Of a stretch of 64,000 nucleotides of DNA, positions 1 to 11,874 are shown one piece after another (position 1 is the stretch's first letter; each line of letters opens with the position of its first letter). Origin of the DNA: Novakomyces olei (Eukaryota). The notes beneath the pieces are model-generated. The model had not been told where the DNA came from. It made no database searches and saw only the letters and a list, made by a program, of their open reading frames with translations. The DNA lies in contig JADEYG010000007.1 of the NCBI GenBank assembly GCA_016906335.1, positions 744,001 to 808,000 of the forward strand, read 5' to 3'. The position numbers were made by a program, and so were the translations under genes.

Positions 1-28
1 AATGTATTTGGTTTCTAATGTGACAAGA

Positions 29-2244
29 TCGAGCCGGAGCCTGAGTATATTCAGCACCGAATTTCGCTCTTTGAACGGCTAAAAGCGGAGGCTGATGCAG
101 AAATTGCGCAAAAGCCGCGTGAAGAAATTGTCGTGACTCTTCCAAGCGGAGAGACTCGAGTTGCAAAATCATGGGAAACAACGCCCTTTGAGATTGCGTC
201 ACAGATTAAGAAAAGTTTGACTGAAACCACAGTAATTGCAAAAGTGGATGGCCAACTTTGGGATATGCTGCGTCCATTGGAGGCTTCTTGTACTCTAGAG
301 TTTCTGGATTTTAATCATCCAGAGGGAAAACGTGTGTTTTGGCACTCGAGCGCCCACGTCTTGGGAGAAGCTGCCGAACTTCACTATGGCTCACATTTGT
401 GTATCGGGCCTCCAACGACTGAAGGGTTTTTCTACGAAATGGCAATCAAAGATCGTACAGTGAATCCAGCTGACTTCGGCGATCTCGAGACCCTTTTTCG
501 CGACGCTACAAAGCAAAAACAGAAATTTGAACGTTTGTTAGTGTCCAAGGAAAATTTGTTGGAAATGTTCAAGCATAATCCTTATAAACAGCACATAATT
601 AAGGATAAGATCCCTGACGGCACTTCTACTACCGTTTACCGTTGTGGGCCGCTTATCGACCTGTGCCTTGGCCCTCATTTGCCCCACACTGGCCGGATCA
701 AGTCCATGGCAGTTATGAAGGTGAGTATAGAGAAAATATAATATTTTTGTTAGATTGAACATGGTGCTAATATACAGAGCTCTTCATCGTACTTTTTGGG
801 CGATGCCAACAACGATCAGCTGCAGCGAATCTACGGAATTAGCTTCCCCGACAGCAAGCAAATGACGGAGTACAAAACTTTTCTGGCGGAGGCAGCAAAA
901 CGTGACCACCGTAAGATTGGCCGTGAGCAAGAACTTTTCTTTTTCAATGAACTTTCGCCTGGCAGTTGCTTCTTCTTACCCAACGGAACCCGGATCTACA
1001 ACAATCTAGTGAATTTGATGAAGGAGGAGTACCATAAACGAAAATACACTGAGGTCATTACACCAAACATGTATAACGCCAAGCTCTGGATGACTTCTGG
1101 TCACTGGCAAAACTACGCGGAGAACATGTTTTCCTTCGATGTGGAAAAAGAAAAGTACGCACTGAAGCCGATGAATTGCCCTGGCCATTGTGTCATCTTT
1201 GGACAGCGTGACCGATCTTATCGTGATCTACCTTGGCGTGTAGCAGACTTTGGTGTATTGCACCGTAACGAGTTTTCGGGTGCTCTCACTGGGTTGACAA
1301 GGGTACGAAGATTTTGCCAGGATGATGCACATATCTTTTGTACGCACGACCAAGTTGGCCAGGAAATAGAAGGCTGCTTTGATTTCCTCAAGCATATTTA
1401 CGGAATCCTAGGGTTTACTTTCAAACTTGAACTATCCACTCGCCCAGACAAGTTTTTGGGTAACGTTGAAACATGGAATGCGGCAGAGAAGCAGCTCGAG
1501 GATGCACTGAACAAGTTTGAGATGCCTTGGGAGCTAAACCCGGGCGATGGAGCTTTTTACGGCCCAAAGGTGAGTGGAAATGGAATAAAAGAAGAAAGAG
1601 AATGGTGTAAAAATTACAAATTTACGATTGATAAAACATGATTTACAGTCTATGTGTCGGAATTACTAACCAGCCAATTTTTAATTTTTACAGATTGATG
1701 TTAAGATTTCTGATGCACTTAATCGTGAGCACCAATGTGCTACTCTGCAGTTGGATTTCCAGCTGCCAGAGCAGTTCCAGCTGGATTACTATGCACAAGA
1801 CGGCCAAATGAAGCGTCCAGTCATGATCCATCGCGCTATTCTTGGCAGCGTGGAGCGCATGATTGCCATTCTCACCGAGCACTATGGAGGAAAATGGTAA
1901 GAGAGACAAAAAAGATCTTTACTAACAACAGGCCCTTTTGGCTTTCACCACGACAAGTCATGGTTGTCCCAGTGGCACCCAAGTACGAGGAATACGCACA
2001 GGCTATTCAGCAGCGGCTGTATGACGAAGGATTCTTTGCGGAAGCTGATTTGAGTGATAACACGCTGCCCAAGAAGGTTCGTTCTGCCCAGCTTGGTCAG
2101 TTCAATTACATTTTGATTGTGGGTCAAGAGGAAATGGACGCAGACGGTGTAAACGTACGTAAGCGTGACCATGAGTCTCGTGATCTTGTCAAGACGGACG
2201 AGTTTATTGCCCGTTTGAAGGAGCAGCGGCAGGCACGAGAGTAG
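29..2244 (+). CDS. THS1: Threonyl-tRNA synthetase, 5'-truncated by the window. Exons about 29-720, 778-1569, 1694-1896, 1932-2244.
   Basis: TGS domain, HSSAH editing motif, [37 protein letters not shown] and anticodon-binding domain. GT..CTAA(C/T)..AG introns join the ORFs in frame. Confidence 0.96.
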
Positions 2245-2705
2245 CTTGGAATGAACATATATTACGGGTAAAGTATAGATCCAAGTGGACGGCAGTTAAC
2301 AGCTATTTATAACAGAGTTTGAACAAAGTCGAGTAGATTAAATTTGCCTGTGATGAATCAGCTAGCTGTCTATTAGACATGGTGCCAAGTAAAATTTGAT
2401 CATAGAACTCTGTGTCTGGCGAGCGGGCGCCGATACACTTGTGAACTAAATCATAATGAACTATAAACAATTTGCGTATCAGTGTTGTGTTATCAATTTA
2501 CTTTAACGAGCTTGTAAAGTTGTATGTAACACTGTTTGGGATATTGCAGAGCAGTTCTCGTCGACACATATAATTTTTGTGTGTCCATACAGGTCCGTTA
2601 TATATTAATTATATACCACCGTTCTTATTGATTATCGAGATTATCAACCGACGAGTAGACGTCTTTTCGTTATTTAACACCGTGATCCCCAGCTATCATC
2701 GTCTA

Positions 2706-2721
2706 TAACCCTAACCCTAAC
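2706..2721. repeat. Interstitial telomere-like repeat TAACCCTAACCCTAAC
   Basis: About 2.5 copies of CCCTAA upstream of the BAR-PH gene. Confidence 0.7.
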
Positions 2722-3037
2722 ACTATTCCATAGCCATAATTTTAACAGATTAGATCCAGCCGACATTGTTAGACAATACTTGCCCATATATACAAGCAAT
2801 TGGCATTGTTTACACCAATGATGTCAATTGCCGTTTGCAGTTGTTTGCTGGTAAATATTCGGCGGGCCACTAATTGTGCGCGGGGGAAGTATTATATTTA
2901 TATAGCGATAAAATACCAATACATCACCGAACAATAACGGCTTCAAGGATCAAGAGGCGAAAAATTAAAATTGATAAAAATATACGGGAAAAACCTGTTA
3001 ATTCTTGCCGTCTGAAGGGGACTCGCCGTGCCTTTAA

Positions 3038-6000
3038 ATGAGTTCACCGTCGCCGTCTCCGTCACCGGCACCGGCCGCTCAGAGCGCCGGCTTACAATCC
3101 AAGCGAAGTGTTTCACGACGCAGTTTCAACTCGAACAATAACAATAATGCTAATAATGTTAATAATGGCAATGCCAGTGGAGGAGGAGAAAAGCAGTCTG
3201 CCATTGCTCGGCACTCGTCGCTCGGCCGAAGATCGTCATTGGGACGGCACTCGTCGCTCGGGCAACGGTCTACCGTTTCGTCATTGGGCCGACGTTCCTC
3301 GCTTAAAGGCATAGACAATGCAAACGGACGGAGTATCGATAACCCTGACTCTGTGTACTTTAAACCTTTGCCAGTAGGCAGCGATCCTGCCAGTATTTTG
3401 GCACAAAGGTTCGTGGCCTGGCGTAATGTGCTGACGGATTTGATTGGGTACTTTGACAATATTGCGCAGTTGGAGATTCGCAAGGCTACTGACTTGCAAA
3501 AGATTGAGCAGTCCTTTAAAATACCATATGAGGATTACGAATTCTTTTTGCACGATGGAGGGATTCAGGACACGGGTAAAGTTCTCAAGGAGGCCATGCA
3601 GTTCCAGCTGGCAGAGTCTGCTGATTTTACACAACATATAACAGACACAATTCTGCCCCTGCTGCGAGAAAAACGTGGAGATTTAGTGAAAAAAGTTAAA
3701 ATAATCCGCTCGCTTAGCTCTGTGTTCAAGGATCATCCGTACGTACAGGCGAGTGATGCTACGCGTAAACAAGTTGGCAATTTGGGTGAAGCTCTGGCTT
3801 CTTGGGAGATGAACCCGGAACAAGTTGTCCCAAGAACTGACCCCTTTCTGGCTCGATTGGCGGTTGAAAAGCAAGTACTGGCTTCCAGTCAGGCAGAGCA
3901 TGATTTGCAAAGTGCCTTTCTCGATCTACAGCGTAACGGACGTAAGCTGGAGGTGGCTATAGTGGAGGCTATTCAGAGCGCCTTCAATGTTTACCAGACT
4001 GGTCTGCACGAAGAGGCTACACGAACAGTCGAGCTGTCTGAGCTTATGAAGAAGAACGTTGATTCTCTCCCACCAGACCGGGAATGGACGGCCTTTCTTG
4101 CCCGGGATCCGGCTTTTATTGAGGATGACTTGCCCTACAGACAGTTTGAACAGCTAGAGTACCCTGGACAGCATCATGTGGCAGTAAAGGAGATTCGTAA
4201 GGGTGTTCTTGAGCGCAAATCCAAGTACTTGCGCTCTTACTCGAGAGGCATTTATGCTCTGTCGCCTGCCGGGTTCTTGTACGAATTCAAGCCAACCACT
4301 GAGCAGCAACAGCTCTATTCTTCTGCGCCTGTAATGGCCCTGTTTCTGCCAAGATGTACGCTGGGAAAGCATGCAGAAGAGGGAGCTGCTTCTCATAGCT
4401 TCAAGATCAAAGGGGCCGATGAGTTTAGCACGCTAAAAAGCCAGCATACTTGGGTTTTCCGTGCCGAAACTCACCAAGAAATGTTGGAATGGTACGAGGA
4501 TATACGAAAACTTAAAGAGCTGCCCAATTTATCTTCAAAGCAGTGGAACGAATTCCTCCAGAGTCATCAAAAATCGGAAGAAGATTCCGATGTTGAACAA
4601 GACGAAGCGGACGAAGTTCCGTTTGCTCCGATCCAAGAAGAGCCAGAAGATTTTACTACGGCTGGAGAAAGAGCCAAATCTGTTGAGCCTCCTCGCAGTG
4701 ATATTGATGTTGCCTTTAGTGACGAGGCAGCTCAGCACATCGATTCTGATGCCTCTGAAGAAGCAGTTACTGGACCAGGAGCAAAAGGATTACAAGAGTC
4801 TGCAGGAATTGCAGCCGCACCCGGACTAGAAAAGAGTCAGGAGGAGAATATGGCAGGGAAGACTGGCACAGGATTTGGAGACACAGCTGGTGCGACTAAT
4901 GTTGAAGCAAAAGAGACCAGCCTTCCTGATGAAAGGCAGTTTAGTACTGAACAAGATAAGAGTACAGGACCAGATGGAGCCGCCTATGCTCAAGCTCAAG
5001 GGTCAAGTGGTCGTGGAGAAATAATAGCAGGCGGAGCTCTAGCTTCTGCTGGAGTTACTGCTGCGGCCTTGTCGGCCAACAAAAGGGAAGACAAGCCTGA
5101 AGAAACTATAGCAGAGGCAGAGCCAAAGACAAATGATTCTGCTGACGTCAATGGAAATAACAAAAACTCCATCTTTTCTAGTGCTGTTGCCGTGGGACAG
5201 CACGAGCCTGAGCCTTTGAACGCCCGTGATTCTTATGTGAATTATATACCAGGAACAAAAGAGCCTGTAGATGAGTCTCAGGAGGGGAAGGAGCTGACTG
5301 AAGAAGAAAAAGGGGGAGAGAAAGAAACAGGCTTAAAAGAGATTGGAGCGGGAGCGGGAGCCGGAGCAGTTGCTGGTATTGCTGCTAACGAGGCAGGCAA
5401 AAACAAAGACAAGGCAGAACAACTTGGCGCCCCAGAAACAGCTAAAGATGCTGAAACAACCGAAGAACCTGAAGCAAAAGAACCTGAAACAAGTAAAGAG
5501 CTTTATGAGCCTACTGCAAAAGAACCCGATTCTAAACCCGTGGAAGAAGAAACTTCTAATTCAATGGGAAAGTCAGGACCCTCAAATGAGCTAGACAAAG
5601 CTGAAGACTCAAAGCTGACAGCAAGCGATTTTGATGAGGGCAAAGAGAGTGCTATTCATCGACACGATTATGCTGAGGATGCACTTTTGGCTGGTGCAGC
5701 TGGAGCTACAGGAGCAGCAGCAGCTTCTGCAGTCGCGCGAGACGCACCTGAAACAGACAAGCAAAAGGATAAAGAGCCGACTGAGAAGAATACAGATAAC
5801 CCTGACCTAGGAGGGGAAAAGCAAGCTGCTTTGCCTGTGGAAGAGGGGAAACCGAGCCTCGTAAACAGACCGTCTTTCTTGTCGCTTCGCCCGGAGGAGC
5901 TGAATGCAAGTTCGGAAGAATTGAGCTCAAGCTCAGTCGGACAAGGATCAAGCCTGCCCTGGCGAAGCTCTCGAAATGTTTCTACCCTTTCTAGGCCTTA

Positions 6001-6139
6001 TGCTAAGGCCTCGAGTTCACGGGAACAGTTGTCTGTGGAGGAGTCAATTAGAGAAGCAGTTTTGGAGGCACCGGAAAACAATCCCAATTCTCACGTTTTT
6101 CCAGGTGTCTTTCCGACAAAGAGCAATCTTGGCGAGTAG
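3038..6139 (+). CDS. Slm1/2-like BAR-PH domain protein with a long acidic low-complexity tail
   Basis: Helical BAR-like region (LAQRFVAWR..LIGYF), PH domain (GVLERKSKYLRSY..WVFRAE..MLEWY), E/A/K-rich C-terminus, intronless ORF. Confidence 0.85.
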   Translation: MSSPSPSPSPAPAAQSAGLQSKRSVSRRSFNSNNNNNANNVNNGNASGGGEKQSAIARHSSLGRRSSLGRHSSLGQRSTVSSLGRRSSLKGIDNANGRSIDNPDSVYFKPLPVGSDPASILAQRFVAWRNVLTDLIGYFDNIAQLEIRKATDLQKIEQSFKIPYEDYEFFLHDGGIQDTGKVLKEAMQFQLAESADFTQHITDTILPLLREKRGDLVKKVKIIRSLSSVFKDHPYVQASDATRKQVGNLGEALASWEMNPEQVVPRTDPFLARLAVEKQVLASSQAEHDLQSAFLDLQRNGRKLEVAIVEAIQSAFNVYQTGLHEEATRTVELSELMKKNVDSLPPDREWTAFLARDPAFIEDDLPYRQFEQLEYPGQHHVAVKEIRKGVLERKSKYLRSYSRGIYALSPAGFLYEFKPTTEQQQLYSSAPVMALFLPRCTLGKHAEEGAASHSFKIKGADEFSTLKSQHTWVFRAETHQEMLEWYEDIRKLKELPNLSSKQWNEFLQSHQKSEEDSDVEQDEADEVPFAPIQEEPEDFTTAGERAKSVEPPRSDIDVAFSDEAAQHIDSDASEEAVTGPGAKGLQESAGIAAAPGLEKSQEENMAGKTGTGFGDTAGATNVEAKETSLPDERQFSTEQDKSTGPDGAAYAQAQGSSGRGEIIAGGALASAGVTAAALSANKREDKPEETIAEAEPKTNDSADVNGNNKNSIFSSAVAVGQHEPEPLNARDSYVNYIPGTKEPVDESQEGKELTEEEKGGEKETGLKEIGAGAGAGAVAGIAANEAGKNKDKAEQLGAPETAKDAETTEEPEAKEPETSKELYEPTAKEPDSKPVEEETSNSMGKSGPSNELDKAEDSKLTASDFDEGKESAIHRHDYAEDALLAGAAGATGAAAASAVARDAPETDKQKDKEPTEKNTDNPDLGGEKQAALPVEEGKPSLVNRPSFLSLRPEELNASSEELSSSSVGQGSSLPWRSSRNVSTLSRPYAKASSSREQLSVEESIREAVLEAPENNPNSHVFPGVFPTKSNLGE

Positions 6140-7254
6140 TATAAGGCAAATTGCGTTCGAGAATATCCTCTATTGCCGGTGAGACGAGGGTTGTAAGAAA
6201 ACAAGCCGGTTTGTGTGTTTTGGATTATTTATTTTGCAGACAAGTGCCGATTGTATTTTTGAAGGGAGAACGGCTATTAGTCATTCTACAAAGAATAGGA
6301 GGGAGGCCAATTTTCGCGCATAAAGAGGTTATATTATCGTTTACGAGCCAGAGAGCAATGGTCAAGAACGGTACTATGACACTTATTGTGGACGTGTTGT
6401 ACGATAGTTAAACTCGATTATTAGTAACATTAGTATTTTTAATTCATGTCTTTTCACAAGTAATCGTCCTCGCTACAGTGAACCCCACGCCTTGAAAACC
6501 CTGACTGAAATCAATAATGAAACACAGAAAACCCTGTGCAAGTCTATATGCGGAGACTAAAAATTTCACAGCCATTTTCCCGCATACGTGAACCGGTCAG
6601 CCTTTAGATCAATAGGACGTCCCGGAAACCGCGGAGAAGTGGGTGAGCGGCGTTAGTGAGACGCCTTCAAACTCAGAGAGGCATCTTTAAACCGCCTTGT
6701 CGAGTTGATCATAATACAAGGTTTCTGTGCGCGACTAAAACAAAAGCTTTCTATTATTTTATCCCTCATTTCATTACTATCTGTGCTACGCCGTCTTTTT
6801 AGAAAGAGCGGAGCCACTACGATAAATTTGTATTATACGTTGAAGTAGTGGAAATTCCTGTGGTATCAGAGTCGAAACTATACATTCGCCTGTGATTAGG
6901 CTTGTGTGAGAGGAGGTATTAAGGTATTTAAAATTGCTTTCTTTTCCTTTGTAACTGGGGGAGCACAGTAGCAAGTTTAAAGTTTCTTAATACCTGACTT
7001 TTCGATCTTTTCGCAACCTTTAGTTTTGCGCAGCAAAAGAGACAGGCGTACAAAGCGTTCAATAAGAACAATTTAGAAGGCGAAACCTCGTGTGTAAAGG
7101 CATAATCTGTATTAAGCCGACGTATCATATTGAGCTTGTACTTGATCTGTTCGTTGTGGGCCAAGGCAACACTGCCTACCGAACACTAGGAAGATTCATT
7201 TAATCCGGATTTGTTATATTAAATTCTAAAACGAAAAGCAATTGTATTTTCGGG

Positions 7255-10200
7255 ATGGCGAATAGTTCTGCTCTTGCGGAAATCGATTCGCTCTTGCAAG
7301 CGCTTCTTGTCGCTAAGCCACCAGGCGTGTCTGGCAGCAAAATATCACGTATTACCGATTTATGTGTACAGAATGTCCAAGTATGATATGATCCCCCTAG
7401 ATTATGCAGGTCTCAACCTGTTTATGAAAATTCCTTTTCTCGTCGGTACTTTATACGAATTTTTATTTTTGCTTTTCCTCCTTCTCGAGGTGTTTTGTGA
7501 TGTTTACGGTCGCCATGAGCTTTAGATTTGATACTCTGAAGTAAAATAAAAAGAAAATTACACTTTTAGCAAAATCGGGAGACAGATTTACCGGCTCTGG
7601 ACATGATGCTCTTGTATGTTTCTTTTATTATGGACTTTAGGTGTTGATAATATACGGCTGAGACTTCACGCTTGTTACATAAGTTGGCAATTTCGCGTAG
7701 AAAGTGTACTGACTCGTTTTGCCTTGTCCGTCTAAGCTGCGATAATCTAGCTCAAATCTGGTCAAATAATATTATTCGACAATGGCGACCGTTTATCAGT
7801 TTTCATGTATACTTCAAGTTTTGTATTGATATGCATAACACCGGCATTATCTTTATTTAACTCTGAAAGCATACAACCTTTTTCCTGTCAGCTTTTTTTC
7901 TTGTTCCGAGACTCTTCATGATTGATCGTATAAAGTGCCGACAAAGACCCTTAAATATCAATAAATTTTGCTGACTTTTACAAGGATAATGCGCGGATTG
8001 TGTCCCAGATTTATACGCATTTCAAAAAGACGCCAGGCACTCATAAATTGGGAGCTTTGTACGTTGTAGACTCGATAGCACGTACGTGGCAGGAACTAGC
8101 GCGAAAGAACGGCCAGGACCTTAAACAGCCTCGGGATGCTTCTTATTCCGGCGGACTTAAGCGTATTACTGAGTGCATTGAGAGCTTGATGAATGATATT
8201 ACTCAAAACGCTCCACAAGATCAAATGGTAATCAAAAACATTTATGCAATTTTATTTTGGAGCTTTGCTCTATATTTTCGGTGAAGATACTACCGTTTGT
8301 TTTTTTCAACGCCTTTTTTCCGTTCATATGAGCAGTCAGATCTAACGGTTTAGGAACGTATCAGAAAGCTGGTAGATATTTGGGACAAGGCAGCAACTTT
8401 CCCGGCCGATGTAATTGCCAATATCCGCAGAAAGCATTTTCAATCCCCGCCGCCGTCGACGACTCCACCAATTGCGGCTCCGCCAGTGGATTCAACAGCA
8501 GGTACGTTACTCGAGCTTTGAATTAAAAGAGCATTTAATTTCAACAATAAATTAATATCCGAACAAACATTTTCTACTTTAATTTTGTTTACGCTTTATC
8601 GATCTGTGTATTTACATTTGCATTATACTTGATTCTCTTTATCAGAGACGCTATTGAAGAGTACTAACAGTATAGCCAAACCAGATACGGCTTCGATTCT
8701 AGCAGCTTTGGCCAGTATTGCCAAGCAGCCAAGCACAACACCAGCTCCAGCGGCCAAACCAGTTCAGGCTCCACCTGCCGCAGCTCCTGTAGCGGCTCCT
8801 ACCGCAGGAACTGCAGCTTCTCCACTGGCAGCTCTTCAGGCAGCTCTAGGCGGAAGGCAGGCGAGTCCCTCGATGCTACAGCCTTCACAGCCCTCTCAGG
8901 CTCCATTTGATGCTGGAGGATTAGGTGCCTTTATGAACAACAATCAGTTCCCACAGCAGTTTCCTCCTCAGCCTATGGCTTCCAACCCAATTTCTCCGCC
9001 TGCAGCAATAAATGCTCCAGGAGGCAATGGAGCCCTTAATCCTCAACAGATTCAGCTGATCCAAGTGCTTGTTGCCCAAGGTGTTCCTGCCGACAAAATC
9101 CAGGCTATAATTGCCTCGACAATGACGCAGCCACAACCAAGCAATTCTGGATTCGCATCTAGCCTTCCTCAGGCAACAAACTCTGGAGCTTTCAATGCAA
9201 ATTGGAATGGCGATGCTCAGCGAAGGCGATCTCGGTCGCGGTCTCCGCCTTATAACAGAGGCCGTTCGCCTATGCGCGATAGAGGTGGTGGAAGAAGGTT
9301 CCGGTCTAGATCACCCCCACCTCGAGGAGAAAGGAACCAGCAGCCTGGTGTTGTTTCTGATATGAAAAACACAGAGGCGCGTCTCTACCAACATGATCCT
9401 TCAATACCCCCGGGTCATATTCGTGTCTACTCCAGGACACTTTTTGTTGGAGGCGTCACAGAAAGGTGAGATTTAATTTGAGTATAAACATGAATGATTG
9501 TTTATGCTAGAGCACATATAATTTTTCTTGTTTATTATTTATTATTTATTATTTATTATTTATTATTTATTATTTATTATTTATTATTTATTATTTATTA
9601 TTTATTATTTATTATTTATTATTTATCAGTTACAAGACCCAGTTTATTTATGGATAAAAGTACTAATACACTAGTGTGGATGAGCAATTGTTGCGCGAGT
9701 TGTACGGCCGTTTCGGTCCAGTGCAAAGTATAATAGTCGGCCATGGACAAAGGCATGCTTTTGTGAAACTCCATCGACGCCGTGATGCAGAGACAGCGAG
9801 AAATGCGATGGAAGCGTATCCCGTAAACGATACGATTCTAAGGGTATACCAAATATCATTTTACAGTATTTTGTTTGCCGTGTTCATTTTATTCTAGATT
9901 TTAATATTTACATTCATTGCTTTATATTTATTAAATAAATTTTGGTTTTATTTATTTGCATATATTATTATTTATCTTTTTTTTCATGTTACAGCGATAA
10001 TCGAATCTTTATTATGGTTTAGTAAATCCTTTTGCAATACTAACGTCAGACAAAATGGGGAGTCGGATTCGGGCCGAGAGATTGCAGCGATTATACGACA
10101 GGAATCAGTACAATTCCGCTCAGTGCCCTAACGGACGCTGACAGACGATGGATGCTATCGGCCGAGTGGGGCGGAACAGGAGGGCAGCCTTTGGAAGAAG

Positions 10201-10514
10201 GGGTTATTGTAGAAGAGCCAGATATCGAAATTGGCTCTGGAGTCAGTTCCAAGGCAATGAGTAAACGAACTGGCCGTGGAGGTGGTCGCCACCAGGGCTC
10301 CAGGCGCGGAGGAGATGACTCGAGATCTTCAATGCCGTCTTCTGGAATGGATATGCCTTCTCAGCACCAATCGTATGGTTCTACGGGAGCAAGTCTACCG
10401 CCTTTCCCAATGATGCCTTTGCTCCAGGGACTCACTGGCTCCTCGGGCGCTCCGGGCACTCAGAGTCCCGGGTCTGGAAGTAATTCGACGCCTTTGCCGC
10501 CGTGGCAGCGGTAG
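7255..10514 (+). CDS. seb1: Seb1/Nrd1-family CID + RRM transcription-termination factor. Exons about 7255-7380, 7985-8227, 8354-8501, 8676-9465, 9675-9843, 10050-10514.
   Basis: Spliced translation gives CID motifs (KPPGVSGSKI, HKLGALYVVDS, KLVDIW), an RS region, and the RRM SRTLFVGGV..RHAFVK..TKWGVGFGPRDCSDY..WGGTGG..VEEPDIEIG. Confidence 0.92.
9531..9626. repeat. (TTATTTA)n microsatellite inside a seb1 intron
   Basis: About 13 near-perfect 7-bp units, directly visible. Confidence 0.9.
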
Positions 10515-10650
10515 TTTTGTTTCAGGACTAATAATATTTAATTTGTGATAGTATTCAGTCTAATTTAATCAGTTTTGGGTCAATTTTGGCAAGTAGAATA
10601 AATAATAAATAAAAATAATGAACAATAAATAAAACTAATAAACAATAAAC

Positions 10651-10651
<1 letters not shown>

Positions 10652-10687
<36 letters not shown>
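10652..10687 (+). repeat. 36-nt poly(A) tract within an AATAAA-rich region between convergent genes
   Basis: Homopolymer run preceded by several AATAAA copies. Confidence 0.9.
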
Positions 10688-10688
<1 letters not shown>

Positions 10689-10755
10689 AAAACAAAACAA
10701 AAAATCTATTGATTGTTCAAATTTCATGTCAATGTAATTCAATTAAATAGTCAAG

Positions 10756-11502
10756 CTAGAGTATAGGCGTGTCGGCGGGCACCATTTGGCTCTCGCGATT
10801 CTGCAAAATCAAAGTCTCTCGAGCCCAGGTATCCAAAGCCCGGCACTCTGCAGAGAGAGCCGAATGTACTCCCAAATCATACGGGACAAACGCGTCATTC
10901 TCGACGCGTCCAACACGAGCAATACGCGTCCGGCCTTTACGCGATCCCAGTGTAATAGACCCACGAAACCTGCTGGCGCCCACGTCCGATATGAGCAGCA
11001 CGTCGAGGGCACGTGTGCTCGCTAAACGGGAGCCCAGCTCGTCGCCCCAACAGGCACAGGGCATTCCATAGTGCGAAGCGTCAGCGAGAACGAGTTTGGT
11101 CAAAGTGACTCGCTCATTGCCGACGTTTGTCCGCACTTGCATTGACAGTGGGCGAGTACAGACGACGGATAGCACATTGAATGAGCCATTGCCCACGGCC
11201 AGAGCGACTCGGCAGAGTGGGGTCACATTTGAGACTGCTTCAGTTGCTAATGGCTCTCTGTTATAATCGTGAAACGACGCGTCCCACAGGTCGGCCGCCT
11301 CAAGTACAGCCTCTTGCACGTGTGACTCCGTCAGCTGACGCCAAGAGGGTACAGCTTCATCCGCCAGTGCTCGCGAGCTTGTTTGAGCTGGCAAAGTTAG
11401 AGGACTGTAATCGCGCAAATTAGCTGCCGCCCATTGGCCGACGGACGCGGGCGACGGGGCTCCCGTCAGTAGAATTGTACAGCGAGCAATTGCAGTTGGC
11501 GT
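10756..11502 (-). CDS. Putative OB-fold nucleic-acid-binding protein (fungal SHLD2/RPA-like); start codon probably non-AUG
   Basis: OB-like motif order (NVLSVV..LTKLVLADAS..CACWG..DVLLISDV..FRGSI). The frame extends upstream through ILLTGAP, with no in-frame ATG 5' of the OB region. Confidence 0.55.
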   Translation of the reverse strand, partial: TPTAIARCTILLTGAPSPASVGQWAAANLRDYSPLTLPAQTSSRALADEAVPSWRQLTESHVQEAVLEAADLWDASFHDYNREPLATEAVSNVTPLCRVALAVGNGSFNVLSVVCTRPLSMQVRTNVGNERVTLTKLVLADASHYGMPCACWGDELGSRLASTRALDVLLISDVGASRFRGSITLGSRKGRTRIARVGRVENDAFVPYDLGVHSALSAECRALDTWARETLILQNRESQMVPADTPIL

Positions 11503-11519
11503 AGATTGGGATTGATTAA

Positions 11520-11806
11520 TAAATAATAATATATAATGAATAAATAAATAAATGAATAATGAATAATGAATAATGAATAAATGAATAAATGAATAAATGA
11601 ATAAATGAATAAATGAATAAATGAATAAATGAATAAATGAATAAATGAATAAATGAATAAATGAATAAATGAATAAATGAATAAATGAATAAATGAATAA
11701 ATGAATAAATGAATAAATGAATAAATGAATAAATGAATAAATGAATAAATGAATAAATGAATAAATGAATAAATGAATAAATGAATAAATAAATAAATAA
11801 ATGAAT
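11520..11806. repeat. (AAATGAAT)n 8-bp microsatellite, about 26 perfect units plus degenerate flanks
   Basis: Directly visible; fills most of the gap between two divergent genes. Confidence 0.95.
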
Positions 11807-11874
11807 CATGAATCTCATGATTTCGCCGTTCATATGACACAGGTTTGAAGCTCCGAGGCGATACGTGTCACAAA

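Noticed and set aside
2706-2721. Chromosome end or telomere fusion
   Set aside because: Only about 2.5 units embedded among housekeeping genes.
10652-10703. Retro-insertion poly(A) tail
   Set aside because: The upstream gene keeps its introns and no target-site duplication is visible; it looks like a slippage tract in a terminator region.
11466-11840. Hydrophobic ORFs (FIHLFIYS)n, and similar ORFs at 9494, 32253 and 48358
   Set aside because: Translation artefacts of stop-free AT microsatellites.
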